Of a stretch of 64,000 bases of DNA, positions 42,987-52,964 are shown in pieces. Each line of letters begins with the position of its first letter. Within the stretch, counting starts at the first letter, position 1. The position numbers and the translations under genes are program-made. A model generated the notes under the pieces. That model did no database searches and was not told the origin of the DNA. It saw only the letters and a list, made by a program, of their open reading frames with translations. Origin of the DNA: Methanobacteriota archaeon (GTDB lineage: Archaea; Thermoplasmatota; Thermoplasmata; UBA10834); assembly GCA_020348345.1 (NCBI GenBank), contig CP070748.1, positions 1,503,682 to 1,567,681 on the forward strand. Reading direction: 5' to 3'.

Positions 42987-44212
42987 CAGCTCACCCTGAA
43001 CCTGAGTATCCCTGCCAGGCCGCCAAACGCCTTTACCAGCAATCCCCCTTCCTCGGACTCGCTAGATATGAATTCCACCGTGGTGCTGTTGGCCTGTGCC
43101 AATTCATGCAGCTCCTTCACTAGGTCGACGGAGTCCTGCGCCTTCATCGTCTCCTCGCATTCATCGCACTTCACTTCCTCGGGCGGTTCGCTTACGAGCA
43201 GCTCCTTGACACTCCCACACGAGGGGCAGGACAGCGATATCTTCTTCTTGCGGAGGTCCTCCGACACGAGCAGTGTGTCCACCGCGCCTATCATGAGAGC
43301 GTGCTTCACCTGCTCCTCGCCATACACCGCAAGGCCACCGTCCGTCATCCTTATCTCCTCAAACAAACGCTGAATGAGATCCTTCTCCCTCATCAGGTCG
43401 AGCCCTCTCAGCGTATCTCTGGCCTTTTCCACCAGCTCCTTGAGTCCATATTCGTCGGTGTAGCCTGTGTCGAAGATGTCTACTACCTTCTGTTGCAGCT
43501 CATGGTGCAAGTACTCACTCTTCACGAAGTAGTCCTTTGTCGGACCTGGGCCTCCGATGAGAAGGCCTTTGAGTTCCTTGTCCTCCAGGAATGATTCATT
43601 TACGATGTCCGCGACCTTCTTGTAGTACTCGTGCGCAGCCAACTCTATCAGTCTCTCGAATCTGCGAGCCGACTGCCCGCCTCTGCCGTGCTTGCTGGGC
43701 ACAAGCGACTGCAGGTTCTTCACCGTGACAATCCTCTTGCCGTTCAGCAACCCGACAGTAGCCTCGCCTCGGTCGATGACTATCAGGCCGTATCGATCCT
43801 TTTTCTCCAGCATATCGTGCAGTGGATCGATGTAGAACGACGAGTCGCAGCGATACACGAAAGTCTGGACCGGCTCGGGTGGTTCGAGCACATATTGCAC
43901 CATGCTCGTCTGGTCAGCACCGATAGAGCGATGTCCTACAAAGAACACAAGCCCGTTCTCCGGAGGCTGCCGGAACCCCTTGAGCCGCGACAGGATCGAC
44001 GATATCGCTGCCTGGACGTTCTTGCGCGTGCTAGCCGACTTGATATTCGATGACTGTGAATACTCGTTCTTGAGGTATCCTGCAACGTCCGATATCTGCC
44101 TTGTCGGTGGAATATAAAGCGATATGAGTTCCGTGCCTCTACCGGAGAGTCCGCTAACCTCCTCGAGGCTTCTTCGGAACTCGTATTTCTGAAAGTCTGT
44201 CAGCTCGGTCAT
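42986..44212 (-). CDS. prf1: peptide chain release factor aRF1
   Basis: Inside track ORF 42986..44404. ATG 44212 gives MTELTDFQKYEFRR.... NIKS and GGQ (HGRGGQSARRF) motifs. The stop shares one base with the argS start (TGATG). Confidence 0.9.
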   Translation of the reverse strand: MTELTDFQKYEFRRSLEEVSGLSGRGTELISLYIPPTRQISDVAGYLKNEYSQSSNIKSASTRKNVQAAISSILSRLKGFRQPPENGLVFFVGHRSIGADQTSMVQYVLEPPEPVQTFVYRCDSSFYIDPLHDMLEKKDRYGLIVIDRGEATVGLLNGKRIVTVKNLQSLVPSKHGRGGQSARRFERLIELAAHEYYKKVADIVNESFLEDKELKGLLIGGPGPTKDYFVKSEYLHHELQQKVVDIFDTGYTDEYGLKELVEKARDTLRGLDLMREKDLIQRLFEEIRMTDGGLAVYGEEQVKHALMIGAVDTLLVSEDLRKKKISLSCPSCGSVKELLVSEPPEEVKCDECEETMKAQDSVDLVKELHELAQANSTTVEFISSESEEGGLLVKAFGGLAGILRFRVS

Positions 44213-44276
44213 CTCAGAACCAGTCCGAAGCCTTTTGTACTGGTTAGAGCGTTCGCCATTATAAAGGTTGACCACG

Positions 44277-44957
44277 ATGGATACCGTAGTTCTCTCACTT
44301 GGTGGATCGATCCTGGTGAGAGAAGAGGACAATGCGCGGTATATCCAGGCCCTTGCCGAGATGCTGATCAATGTATCAAGCGCCATCAGGGTTTTTGTGG
44401 TCACGGGCGGCGGCAGAATAGCCCGATACTACATCCGCGAGGGCAGGGCATTGGGAGCCTCCGAGGATTTTCTTGACGAGATGGGCATCGAGGCTACGCG
44501 CCTCAACGCGCGGCTTCTGATCGCCGCTCTCGGAGATCATGCAAATCGCATACCCCCGAAGAATTACGAGGACGCTGTCCTCGCCGCGGAGCGCAGCAAG
44601 CTCGTGGTTATGGGCGGCGTGGCACCCGGGATAACCACCGATGCAGTCTCCTCGATATTGGCCGATCGGGTCGGCGCCGTCCGGTTGGTGAACGCAACCG
44701 TCGTCGACGGGGTGTACACGGCCGACCCCGAGAAGGAGCCGTCAGCAACAAGGATCGATAGGATGACACATGAGGAGCTGCTCGACCTCGTTGGTGCGGA
44801 CTCACACAGGGCTGGGCCGAACATGGTCTTTGATGCTGCGGGCGCTTCAATCCTGGCGCGTGCGAAGATACCTCTGATGGTCGTGGACGGTCGCGACCTT
44901 GAGAATCTGCGATCGGCGATAGTGGGCAAGCCTTTCGTCGGGACAGCCGTCAGCTAG
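44277..44957 (+). CDS. pyrH: UMP kinase (archaeal type)
   Basis: VLSLGGS, VVTGGGRIARYY, GGVAPGITTDAVS (amino-acid kinase fold). ATG 44277 lies within the TTG-started track ORF 44268. Confidence 0.85.
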   Translation: MDTVVLSLGGSILVREEDNARYIQALAEMLINVSSAIRVFVVTGGGRIARYYIREGRALGASEDFLDEMGIEATRLNARLLIAALGDHANRIPPKNYEDAVLAAERSKLVVMGGVAPGITTDAVSSILADRVGAVRLVNATVVDGVYTADPEKEPSATRIDRMTHEELLDLVGADSHRAGPNMVFDAAGASILARAKIPLMVVDGRDLENLRSAIVGKPFVGTAVS

Positions 44958-44962
44958 ACCAT

Positions 44963-47602
44963 TCAAACCGGCGGCATTCCCTCTTTCTTGTCGTCGGACG
45001 GTTCCACGCCCCTTCCGCAATTCGGGCATACGCTGCTGCCGCCGGTAAGCTGCGCACCGCAGTATATGCAGAATGACATGCCCTCCTCATCGCGCGATGG
45101 GTGTACAGTGTCGAAAGGAGATTGGCGCGCTCTTCGAGATGAGATGATCAGGACGACAACGACGACGGCCACGATTGCACCGATGACCGCGATGGTGACG
45201 AGCTGAAAGAAGTCATATTCTCCGAGCGGAAACGCGGGGTCTCCGCCCTCGTACGATTCGATTACCAGACTGTCGATGACCGTGTCGAAAACGACTTGAA
45301 GCTGGTCATGCGAACCCTTGGAGGAAGAACACATTATGGATATCAGCCTGTCGCGGCTCTCGTCGGCTACGAGAACCGCCCTCTGTTTGATATCGTAGTA
45401 ATCCCACTCGACGGTGAACTCCATAGCCGGATGCGCGGAGAGTTCGAAGAACCTTGGTCCGTCCACCACCGTTACTTCGATGCCCGCGTCGTCCAAGTCG
45501 AGCAAACCCTGGTCATACTCCGCTCTAAGGTAATCGTTATCTTCCTCGACCCGAGAATTCGTTTCCGTAGCAACGATAATGTTCGAGAGGAAGCTGTCGT
45601 ACATCGGTCCTCTCATGACGAAATCCAGCAGCTCCCCCTCCACTTTCTCGTCCATGTTCACATCCCATGTCGTCGGAGCGCTGATGTTGTAGCCGTTGGG
45701 ATGTGTATAGGTCTTCATTGACGCGACACACGAAACCTCGAACGACCAAGTCTTGGTCAGCGTGATACCTATGTCGGCGTGCATTGCAACGGACACAGTA
45801 TGCACGCCCACACCCAGAGGTCGGAGCAGGGCCACCTCATAAGTATCGTCATATTGGAAGGAACCTTGCTGCACCGTTTCGCCATCAACGGATAGCTCCG
45901 TCGATTCGATGGCTGCCGCAGGCTCGCCGAAATCCACGGTGATTGAGATGCGACTGACCTCGGTTAACCACAATGCATCATCGCCCGGGCTGACGGCCGT
46001 GATCGACGGGTAGATCCTGATTGTGAAACTCCACGAGCATGATTCGTTGCCGAGGCTCCAATCGATTCTGGCAGTCGCCACGTGTGCTCCCGTAGCAAGG
46101 TCGGTCGCCGTCGCGGAAAACACATTCCCCCCCCACACGTCCAAGTCCAGTTCCGTCTGCAATCGTATACCATCGACCTCTATGTTCACACTGTAGCTGT
46201 CGTTGAAGAGAGAGGGGTCCTGCGGCAAGCCCACGCGTGCACTTATCTTCAGCGCGCCCACAGCCATATCAGAGCCATCGATGGGGCTGTATGGGCTGAT
46301 TGTGGGCCTAATCGCCTCTTCATGGTCAGGGTCTATTACGAAGCTCCAGTTGCACCACGATGTTGAGAATAGCGATTCAATCACCACGGTGACGTTGTGG
46401 GAACCCGTTGAGAGCGGAGCTGAGAGTGCGGCAACATAGCGATAGTCCGAGACCCTCAACGCCTCGACAGTGGAGCCGTCTATGGTGATGCTCATGCGAT
46501 CCAGGGCGTATGTGATGATACCCTGTTCTACATTGTGGCTAACATAACTAGGACAATATCCAAGCACAGCTCCAGGCGCTGGAAGGTCGGGGACAGCCAC
46601 AGGGCCGAAGTTCATTCGGCGTAGTTCTGGACCAAGATACACGCACTGGAGGTCGTTTGACAAAGCAAACAGTTCAACTTGGGTGGGCAATGGAGCCGCC
46701 GCTACCCTCTCTTCCGTCGTAGTGTTGAATATGTAAATGTCGCATTCGGACAACGCCAACGACCTCCTGATTCCGCACACTACGCTGCTGTCTGAAGCCA
46801 GCGCTACGGCTACTGGATGAGGCTCCATCTCAAGGAATCCCACCCTGTCGAGTGTAGGTATTGACAGCACCTCCAGACCATATGGCACCCCCGACGCCAG
46901 GTATATGCGGTCGTTCTCCCAATCCACCGCCATCTGGCGGAAGTTGGAGCCCAGGTCGTGGTCGTCGTTTGCAGACAGGTGGAAGACGTCGTTGTTGACC
47001 GTGTATCTGTGGACTTTGATCGGGCTGATTCCCAGGGAGACGATGATAAGGCTCCTTCCATCCGGGCTGGCTTCGAGCACGCGCATGTAGGGAAGGTCCA
47101 AGCTGTTCAACACCTCGCCAGTCGTAGAGTTGATGAGTCTTATCAGACTGTCATCAAACGCGCAGCTCACATACAACCGCTCCGAATCTCCTACGCGCAC
47201 GCTCAAGGGCGAGAAGTCAAGAGAGATTTCGCGGACAACCGCTCTATCGTTGATATCGACAACCACTATCTTGTTAGAGCCGGACACGGAAATGTATAGC
47301 AATAGCCCATCATGGCTGATGTCGATGGACATCGGCGCGGCTCCGATCCAGATTATCTCCGATTCGTTTGTTGTTGTGTTGAGGAATGTGAGGGTCGAGC
47401 CGATTGGATCGACGTAGTAGAGAAGGGGCCTTACAGGGTCGACGAAGATCTCCTGATTTCCATTCACGCTGCCCCCGCTCTGATTGATGAGTCCCGAAGC
47501 ATTGCCCGTCAACATCGTTAGACCGACAAAGGCAGACGATGATAGTGTTACCATGATGGCGATTGAGAAGACCCTGCCAGGAAGAAACCACCCCTGAGCC
47601 AT
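44963..47602 (-). CDS. single-pass membrane protein: extracellular YVTN-like beta-propeller and Ig-like domains, TM helix, cytoplasmic zinc ribbon
   Basis: 879 aa. N-terminal signal/anchor. Repeated LYV(S/A)...V.VID-type blades. TM helix LVTIAVIGAIVAVVVVVLII. C-terminal CIYCGAQL...CPNCG. Confidence 0.75.
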   Translation of the reverse strand: MAQGWFLPGRVFSIAIMVTLSSSAFVGLTMLTGNASGLINQSGGSVNGNQEIFVDPVRPLLYYVDPIGSTLTFLNTTTNESEIIWIGAAPMSIDISHDGLLLYISVSGSNKIVVVDINDRAVVREISLDFSPLSVRVGDSERLYVSCAFDDSLIRLINSTTGEVLNSLDLPYMRVLEASPDGRSLIIVSLGISPIKVHRYTVNNDVFHLSANDDHDLGSNFRQMAVDWENDRIYLASGVPYGLEVLSIPTLDRVGFLEMEPHPVAVALASDSSVVCGIRRSLALSECDIYIFNTTTEERVAAAPLPTQVELFALSNDLQCVYLGPELRRMNFGPVAVPDLPAPGAVLGYCPSYVSHNVEQGIITYALDRMSITIDGSTVEALRVSDYRYVAALSAPLSTGSHNVTVVIESLFSTSWCNWSFVIDPDHEEAIRPTISPYSPIDGSDMAVGALKISARVGLPQDPSLFNDSYSVNIEVDGIRLQTELDLDVWGGNVFSATATDLATGAHVATARIDWSLGNESCSWSFTIRIYPSITAVSPGDDALWLTEVSRISITVDFGEPAAAIESTELSVDGETVQQGSFQYDDTYEVALLRPLGVGVHTVSVAMHADIGITLTKTWSFEVSCVASMKTYTHPNGYNISAPTTWDVNMDEKVEGELLDFVMRGPMYDSFLSNIIVATETNSRVEEDNDYLRAEYDQGLLDLDDAGIEVTVVDGPRFFELSAHPAMEFTVEWDYYDIKQRAVLVADESRDRLISIMCSSSKGSHDQLQVVFDTVIDSLVIESYEGGDPAFPLGEYDFFQLVTIAVIGAIVAVVVVVLIISSRRARQSPFDTVHPSRDEEGMSFCIYCGAQLTGGSSVCPNCGRGVEPSDDKKEGMPPV

Positions 47603-47657
47603 TGTGGTGTGTATTTTCTGCTCAAGTATATCAATACTATTCGGGATTTCGGGGATG

Positions 47658-48485
47658 TCACGGTAGCAGCGGCTCGAAATCGGCGCTCCTGACCTCTCCT
47701 ATTCCCAACGAGGCGAATCGCTCTGAGAGTTGCCTGTACTTCGCTTTGGGCATGCTCTTCCTGTGGAAGTAGACCCTCTCCGCTCCGCCGCTTTTGTCCA
47801 TCATCTGTGCGATCATATCGTCATCAAGCGCCTCGAGGGCGTAGTTTGCCGCCATGTGGCCCACAGCCACCTTTCTGGTGAGTGCTACATCCGTGAACCT
47901 GGGGGCGTAGTGGCCTCCGCCCACACAAACCATTTCCGGGTATCGCGTCTCCTCGAGGGACAGTATGGTCTGAGCTATCGCTGCCGCCGCCTTCTCGTCG
48001 TGCCACAGCTCCTCATAGCTGCCAATCTCGATATAGAACGCGGGCCCGTCCGTCAGTGGCCCGTGATGGGTGGTCTCGAACGAGACATCATACTTCTGGC
48101 CAGCCGCGTTCGTCTTCAGGCTTCTGAGAGCCTGCGTCATGAGCTGGGGCGATGACGGTGAGAGGCGACCAGGTAGACCGCCGAAATCTGCGTCTGAGTA
48201 GTTGCCGGTGGGATGAACCGTAAGCGTGGGTATCTTCGATGCGGCCTTGTGGCGCGAGGCGAATATCGTCACCTCGAACGAGCGTTTGAGCTGCGATTGT
48301 GCCCTGCCATCAATGCCATCTTCGCCGAGGTGTAAGCCATCGATCAGCACCATGGTGTACTCGTCCTTCTCGAGGACGGGATGACCAGAGAACTCGCCCT
48401 TTTCATGCCATCGCCCGTTCTCGAGCAACTGGGTTCTGATGTTCATAGACGCGATGTCTTCCGCTGAGGTCACTATCAGGCGCAC
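47658..48485 (-). CDS. dtdA: D-aminoacyl-tRNA deacylase, archaeal type (DtdA)
   Basis: C-terminal 275 codons of track ORF 47658..48824. GTG 48485 (GGGGG 5 nt upstream) gives (M)RLIVTSAEDIASMNI... FASRH, LTVHPTGN and TTHHGP motifs. Confidence 0.75.
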   Translation of the reverse strand: MRLIVTSAEDIASMNIRTQLLENGRWHEKGEFSGHPVLEKDEYTMVLIDGLHLGEDGIDGRAQSQLKRSFEVTIFASRHKAASKIPTLTVHPTGNYSDADFGGLPGRLSPSSPQLMTQALRSLKTNAAGQKYDVSFETTHHGPLTDGPAFYIEIGSYEELWHDEKAAAAIAQTILSLEETRYPEMVCVGGGHYAPRFTDVALTRKVAVGHMAANYALEALDDDMIAQMMDKSGGAERVYFHRKSMPKAKYRQLSERFASLGIGEVRSADFEPLLP

Positions 48486-48585
48486 GCGACCCCCAAGGGA
48501 GGTTGCAGAATAACAGCTTTGCCCAGCCGCGTCCAAGGACCGAAAAGGCTTAATCGGAGGCGACGCTGTCAATCGTCGACGAATC

Positions 48586-49503
48586 ATGAGGACGACTACG
48601 ATAGGCAGCCTGTACCGTTTCAGGGAGGACGACCTGCTCGGCTCGATTGACGACGCCTTGACTTTCCAGAAGAACCTGGGTCTCGATCTGATCACCGACG
48701 GTGAGCAGCGAACGGACATGGTGTCGTATTTTGCGGAGTCTCTTTCCGGCCTGGCTGTAGAATCCGGGCTGCCAATCATCACAGGAAAGGTCGAGCTGAA
48801 GGGAAATGCCGGCGATTTCTCCAAGGTTCAAGACCTCAGATACATACGGTCGAAGCACCCTGACTTGCCGATCAAGGTCGCAATCACGGGGCCGACCACG
48901 CTCGGCATGACATGTGGCAGCAGAAAGATAGCATCCCATTACAGAGGGATCACGGACTTCAGACTGTGCGAGGATATCGCATCTGCACTTGCACCGATTG
49001 CGGGGGAGATAACGAATCTCGGAGGACTCGTTCAGATTGACGAGCCGTTCCTTTCTCAGGGATATCGGGATCTCAAGGAGCGTGTGGCTCTCCTTGATGT
49101 GATTGTATCGGCGGTTCCGCGCGAGCGCGCCTCCGTCCATGTATGTGGGAGTGTGGGACGGTTCGGAGTCGTCAGCCACCTCCTTGAATTGGAGAATGTG
49201 TCGACCCTTAGCTTCGGATTCTCAGGCAGACAGGAGCGACCAAACATAGACGTTCTCAGGCGTGAGGACTTCGAATCCGCTGATAAAAGGCTTGGCGCAG
49301 GGTGCATTTCAGTCATGCCCCTATCGGAGGATGAGGTGGAGTTACCAGAGACCGTACGAGACCTACTGAAGAACGTCATCGATCGCGTTGGTGATGAGCG
49401 AATAGCGTATGCCCATCCGGACTGCGGTTTGAGAGCAACTCGCGAATCATTGGTCCCGATGATTGTAGCGAACCTATGCAAAGGCGTGGCTTTGCTGGAC
49501 TGA
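48586..49503 (+). CDS. MetE C-terminal-domain-like (cobalamin-independent methionine synthase family) methyltransferase
   Basis: 305 aa. TTIGSL.R...L...I...QKNLGLDLITDGEQRTDMVSYF, and C-terminal HPDCGL (Zn ligands His/Cys), as in short archaeal MetE homologues. Confidence 0.7.
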   Translation: MRTTTIGSLYRFREDDLLGSIDDALTFQKNLGLDLITDGEQRTDMVSYFAESLSGLAVESGLPIITGKVELKGNAGDFSKVQDLRYIRSKHPDLPIKVAITGPTTLGMTCGSRKIASHYRGITDFRLCEDIASALAPIAGEITNLGGLVQIDEPFLSQGYRDLKERVALLDVIVSAVPRERASVHVCGSVGRFGVVSHLLELENVSTLSFGFSGRQERPNIDVLRREDFESADKRLGAGCISVMPLSEDEVELPETVRDLLKNVIDRVGDERIAYAHPDCGLRATRESLVPMIVANLCKGVALLD

Positions 49504-49703
49504 CGCTCATCGAGCGGATGCCGTCAACGTTGAAGTTGGGAAGACAACTGGCTAATTGAACTCAATCGCATTATTTGATGCCACAGGTAATCTGTATGTA
49601 GTCTAGCGCAATCGTGCGAAGTGACTATGTTGACGACGAATAGAAGCCCTTACGCCATCGAATCGTTGAGATGGCTCGCCGATGCGAACAGCGAATGATG
49701 TTA

Positions 49704-51260
49704 TCATATCTGCGGCATCTTCTTGAGCCAGTCAATGTCCGATATGTAGATGTCCCTGATATCGTTCAGACCCCACACCGGCATAGCCAGGCGTTCGAGG
49801 CCGAAACCCCACGCGAGCACAGGTCTGTGAACGCCGAGAGGCTCTGTGACCTCCGGTCGGAATATCCCCGAGCCACCGAGTTCCATCCACTGGCCATTGA
49901 AGAAGATCTCGACATCAAGAGACGGTTCCGTGTAGGGATAGTATGCTGGTCTGATTCTTATCTTGGGTATGCCCATGCGCCTGTAGAACTCTCTCAGGAC
50001 AGTGCAGAGCATGTCGAAGTTCGCCCCCTCCTCGCACACGATCCCTTCAATCTGTACGAACTCAGGCAGGTGCGTTGAATCCATCGCCTCGTTTCTGAAC
50101 ACCCTTCCGATGGAAAAGACTTTGAAGGGCAACTTCGGATCTTCTGCTATCCGTCGTATCGTGTTCACCGTCGTATGGGTTCTGAGGAGAGTCTTCTCGG
50201 CCTCCTCGCGGTTCCATTCGTATCGCCACCCTAGCGATCCTGTCTTCCAGCCGTTCTCGTGGACCTGCTTGACCACGTCCACCAGTTCGGAGTCCTTGGT
50301 TAGATTCGCCCTGCTCGGATTGGATAGATAGAATGTGTCGTGCAGCTCTCTGGCGGGATGATCCTGAGCTGTGAACAGCACATCCATGTTCCAAAAGGCG
50401 GATTCGAGGTAGTTCCCAGTGATCTCTGTGAAACCCATGGTGAGGAAGACGTTCCTTATCTTCTCAATCAGAAGCGTGATTGGGTGCGCCCTCCCTCCAT
50501 AGATCGTGGGCGCGAACGCGTCGATATCATACCGGCGGATCTCGACATCGCGCCATCCACCCGTGCTGAGGACTTCCGGTGTTAGCTGTCCGATCTCCTC
50601 TCTGATATCGAAGCCCGCCGCGACTATCTCCAAGCCATGGCTGGTGAGTTTGATAGTCCTCTCCGTTACGAGTCTCTCGTTGAGGAAGTCCTTCCTCTGC
50701 TTGAGCTGTCCGATCGCCTCCGTGCTCACGTCCTCCTCTGCAAGATCTTCTTCAGCGAGACGTTTCATCAACCGCTCGTCTTCGCCATCGACATCGAGTG
50801 CGTCGCGCCCCTTCTTTGTGAGGGTCACTACTGTTTCCCCGTCATCCTTCGAGAGCTCTCCCCAGCCTTTCTTGCGAATCCAACCTAGCGCAATCTGAAG
50901 CTCCGATTGACTGAAGGCGCCCGACTCCTTGAGTTGCTTGGTTGTCGCGCTGCCTTCGTAAGTTTCCAGAACGGTCCTGGCAACAGCCTTCTCCGGGAGG
51001 GTCCTGAGCACGCAATCGGGGTTCTTCAATGAGTACTTCCTTGTCACCTTCTCATCGATGTTCACAAGACCCTTTGCCTGTAGCCAAGAGGCGGCGTTCA
51101 TGACCTCTACAAGCTGATTGAGTTTGGCGCTGGCCAATATCTCGTTCGGGGATGCGCTGCGCAGGTCCCTTAGAGCAAGGAGGACCTTCTTCTCCAGGAA
51201 GCTCAGCTGGTCCACTACCTCTTGGTCAATCATTTCCGGGCCCCATTGGACGAGTGGCAT
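49704..51260 (-). CDS. pheS: phenylalanine--tRNA ligase alpha subunit
   Basis: 518 aa. Archaeal/eukaryal-type winged-helix N-terminal repeats plus class II core motifs (HPARELHDTFY, FRNEAMDSTHLPEF, GSGIFRPEV, AWGFGLERL). Confidence 0.9.
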   Translation of the reverse strand: MPLVQWGPEMIDQEVVDQLSFLEKKVLLALRDLRSASPNEILASAKLNQLVEVMNAASWLQAKGLVNIDEKVTRKYSLKNPDCVLRTLPEKAVARTVLETYEGSATTKQLKESGAFSQSELQIALGWIRKKGWGELSKDDGETVVTLTKKGRDALDVDGEDERLMKRLAEEDLAEEDVSTEAIGQLKQRKDFLNERLVTERTIKLTSHGLEIVAAGFDIREEIGQLTPEVLSTGGWRDVEIRRYDIDAFAPTIYGGRAHPITLLIEKIRNVFLTMGFTEITGNYLESAFWNMDVLFTAQDHPARELHDTFYLSNPSRANLTKDSELVDVVKQVHENGWKTGSLGWRYEWNREEAEKTLLRTHTTVNTIRRIAEDPKLPFKVFSIGRVFRNEAMDSTHLPEFVQIEGIVCEEGANFDMLCTVLREFYRRMGIPKIRIRPAYYPYTEPSLDVEIFFNGQWMELGGSGIFRPEVTEPLGVHRPVLAWGFGLERLAMPVWGLNDIRDIYISDIDWLKKMPQI

Positions 51261-51285
51261 ATTTATCTTTTGACCGCGTCCATCC

Positions 51286-51669
51286 TCAGTAGTCTATCTC
51301 GTCAGTCGGCGGCTTCAGGTCGAATACGGGGCTTCCATCGTACGCGTCCAGGCCTTGGACTGTGACGACGTTGCCCCTGATGCTTATCAACTTCGCGCGA
51401 GTCAGCCCGATCCTGTTGGGTCTCTTCGGGGATCGTGAGGCAAAGACGCCGACCAGTGGTTTGGTGAGGTCATGCCTGGGATGCACTCTCATCAGAGTCT
51501 TCCTCTTCTTGTGAAATCCAAAGATTACGAGGACATGCTGGAATCTGCTCAGCCTGTAGAGGCCTTCGACATACTGCTCTTCGAATACCAGCTTCGACCT
51601 CACTACCGACCAATCATCGACATCCTTCGTGACGCCATTCGACACGGTAGCTATTCGCTTCAGCTTCAT
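51286..51669 (-). CDS. TsaA/TrmO-like (YaeB, UPF0066) methyltransferase domain protein
   Basis: GVFASRSPKRPNRIGLTRAKLISIRGNVVTVQGLDAYDGSPVFDLKP is the TsaA-like beta-barrel signature. Confidence 0.75.
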   Translation of the reverse strand: MKLKRIATVSNGVTKDVDDWSVVRSKLVFEEQYVEGLYRLSRFQHVLVIFGFHKKRKTLMRVHPRHDLTKPLVGVFASRSPKRPNRIGLTRAKLISIRGNVVTVQGLDAYDGSPVFDLKPPTDEIDY

Positions 51670-51723
51670 GCCTCATCACTCTCTCCGGGAGAATCGGGTT
51701 GCGCGATAAAGATGGTTCGGCCA

Positions 51724-52842
51724 TCAATCGCGGACGAAGAAATCATCGATCTTGTCTCTGGCCTTTTCCCTCTCGGCCTGATGGTGCTCAAGGAAGGTCC
51801 ATATCTTCTCAAACAGCCGATTCTTGCATTCCCCACACAGTATATTCCCCGATTTGCAGTCTGCGAGGAGCTGGGCAAGCTTGGCATCGTCCGGTTCGAA
51901 GTGATACAGATTGTACTGATAGATCGAGCATATCTCGGGGTTGCCGCCCTCCTTCCTCTGCTCTTCGACGGATACGCGTCCTCCAGTGAATGCGTTCACA
52001 ACCTTCCTGCGGGCGGTGTCTTCGTCGTCTGTCATGAATATGGTGTCGCTCAGCTTCGTCGATGTGGACATCTTCTCGGAGCCCGTCAACGACGGCATAA
52101 GCTTGGCATGTGCCAATGCCGGCTTCGAGAATCCCAGCCCTTCAGCGATGTCCCTGGTGACCCTGAAATGTGGATCCTGGTCAATCCCGCATGGTATCAG
52201 GCAAGGCACCTTCCTTCCCTGCAGCATCGACTCAAGGAAGCAGGGGACCGTTTGGATGCTGGTGAAGAAGATGCTGCCAATGTTGTTCGAGTTATCGAAT
52301 CCGAAGACCGCTCTTATGGTCGAGAAGTTGATCTTCTTGGCGGCCTTGATCGCTGTAGGATACATGGTACCTATGTACTCGGTGTCCAGGAAGATGTTCG
52401 TTAGCTTCGGATCGAATCCGAGTGCTATGATGTCGAGGGCGTTCTCATATCCCCAACTCTTTGTCTCCTCGAGCGTCAGGTGGTCGTAGAACATGAACTT
52501 CTCGTCATCTGTGAGCTGGAACCAAAGCTTCGCCTTGAATGTATCCTGCAGGTACTTCGTGAATAGCCACGGCATCGTATGGCCAATATGAATCGGACCT
52601 GATGGCCCTCGACCCGTGTACAGAGTGAATCCGTTACCCTTCTCGTGCTCGCTCAGAATCCAATCGAGGTCTCTGTGGGAGTAGAAGATACCTCTTCGAA
52701 GCATCGTATGAACGGGTCCGAGCTGCGCAAAGCGCGCAATTATGGATTCGTCTATCTTCTTCGTACCAAACCTGTCGACGAGTTCGTCGTAATCGATGTC
52801 GCCTGATACGCCATACGGCGTGACCTCGAAGCCTTCGTTCAT
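51724..52842 (-). CDS. trpS: tryptophan--tRNA ligase
   Basis: 372 aa. Class I HIGH (GPIHIGH) and KMSKS (KMSTS). Archaeal/eukaryal-type TrpRS. Confidence 0.9.
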   Translation of the reverse strand: MNEGFEVTPYGVSGDIDYDELVDRFGTKKIDESIIARFAQLGPVHTMLRRGIFYSHRDLDWILSEHEKGNGFTLYTGRGPSGPIHIGHTMPWLFTKYLQDTFKAKLWFQLTDDEKFMFYDHLTLEETKSWGYENALDIIALGFDPKLTNIFLDTEYIGTMYPTAIKAAKKINFSTIRAVFGFDNSNNIGSIFFTSIQTVPCFLESMLQGRKVPCLIPCGIDQDPHFRVTRDIAEGLGFSKPALAHAKLMPSLTGSEKMSTSTKLSDTIFMTDDEDTARRKVVNAFTGGRVSVEEQRKEGGNPEICSIYQYNLYHFEPDDAKLAQLLADCKSGNILCGECKNRLFEKIWTFLEHHQAEREKARDKIDDFFVRD

Positions 52843-52964
52843 TGAGCCACTGCCGTGGGTTAAACGATACCATGCTATATTCTTTCCCTCACCTTCAGTG
52901 TCACGGGAAAGGTATAAGCATGAAGAATCGCGTCTACGGGAACGGGTAACGGGCCGGTCAGAAT

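Noticed and set aside
48486-48824. 113-codon N-terminal extension of the DtdA ORF (similar extensions occur on aRF1 at 44213-44404, PurP at 35782-35997 and S3Ae at 10716-10883)
   Set aside because: Homology begins at internal starts that reproduce the canonical N-termini of each family. The extensions are Ser/Arg/Pro-rich and run into neighbouring genes or promoters.
49504-49703. 200-bp relatively AT-rich convergent intergenic region (MetE-like / pheS) as a possible ncRNA or tRNA
   Set aside because: No cloverleaf, no C/D or H/ACA box arrangement, and only weak hairpins. It is most simply two 3' UTRs.
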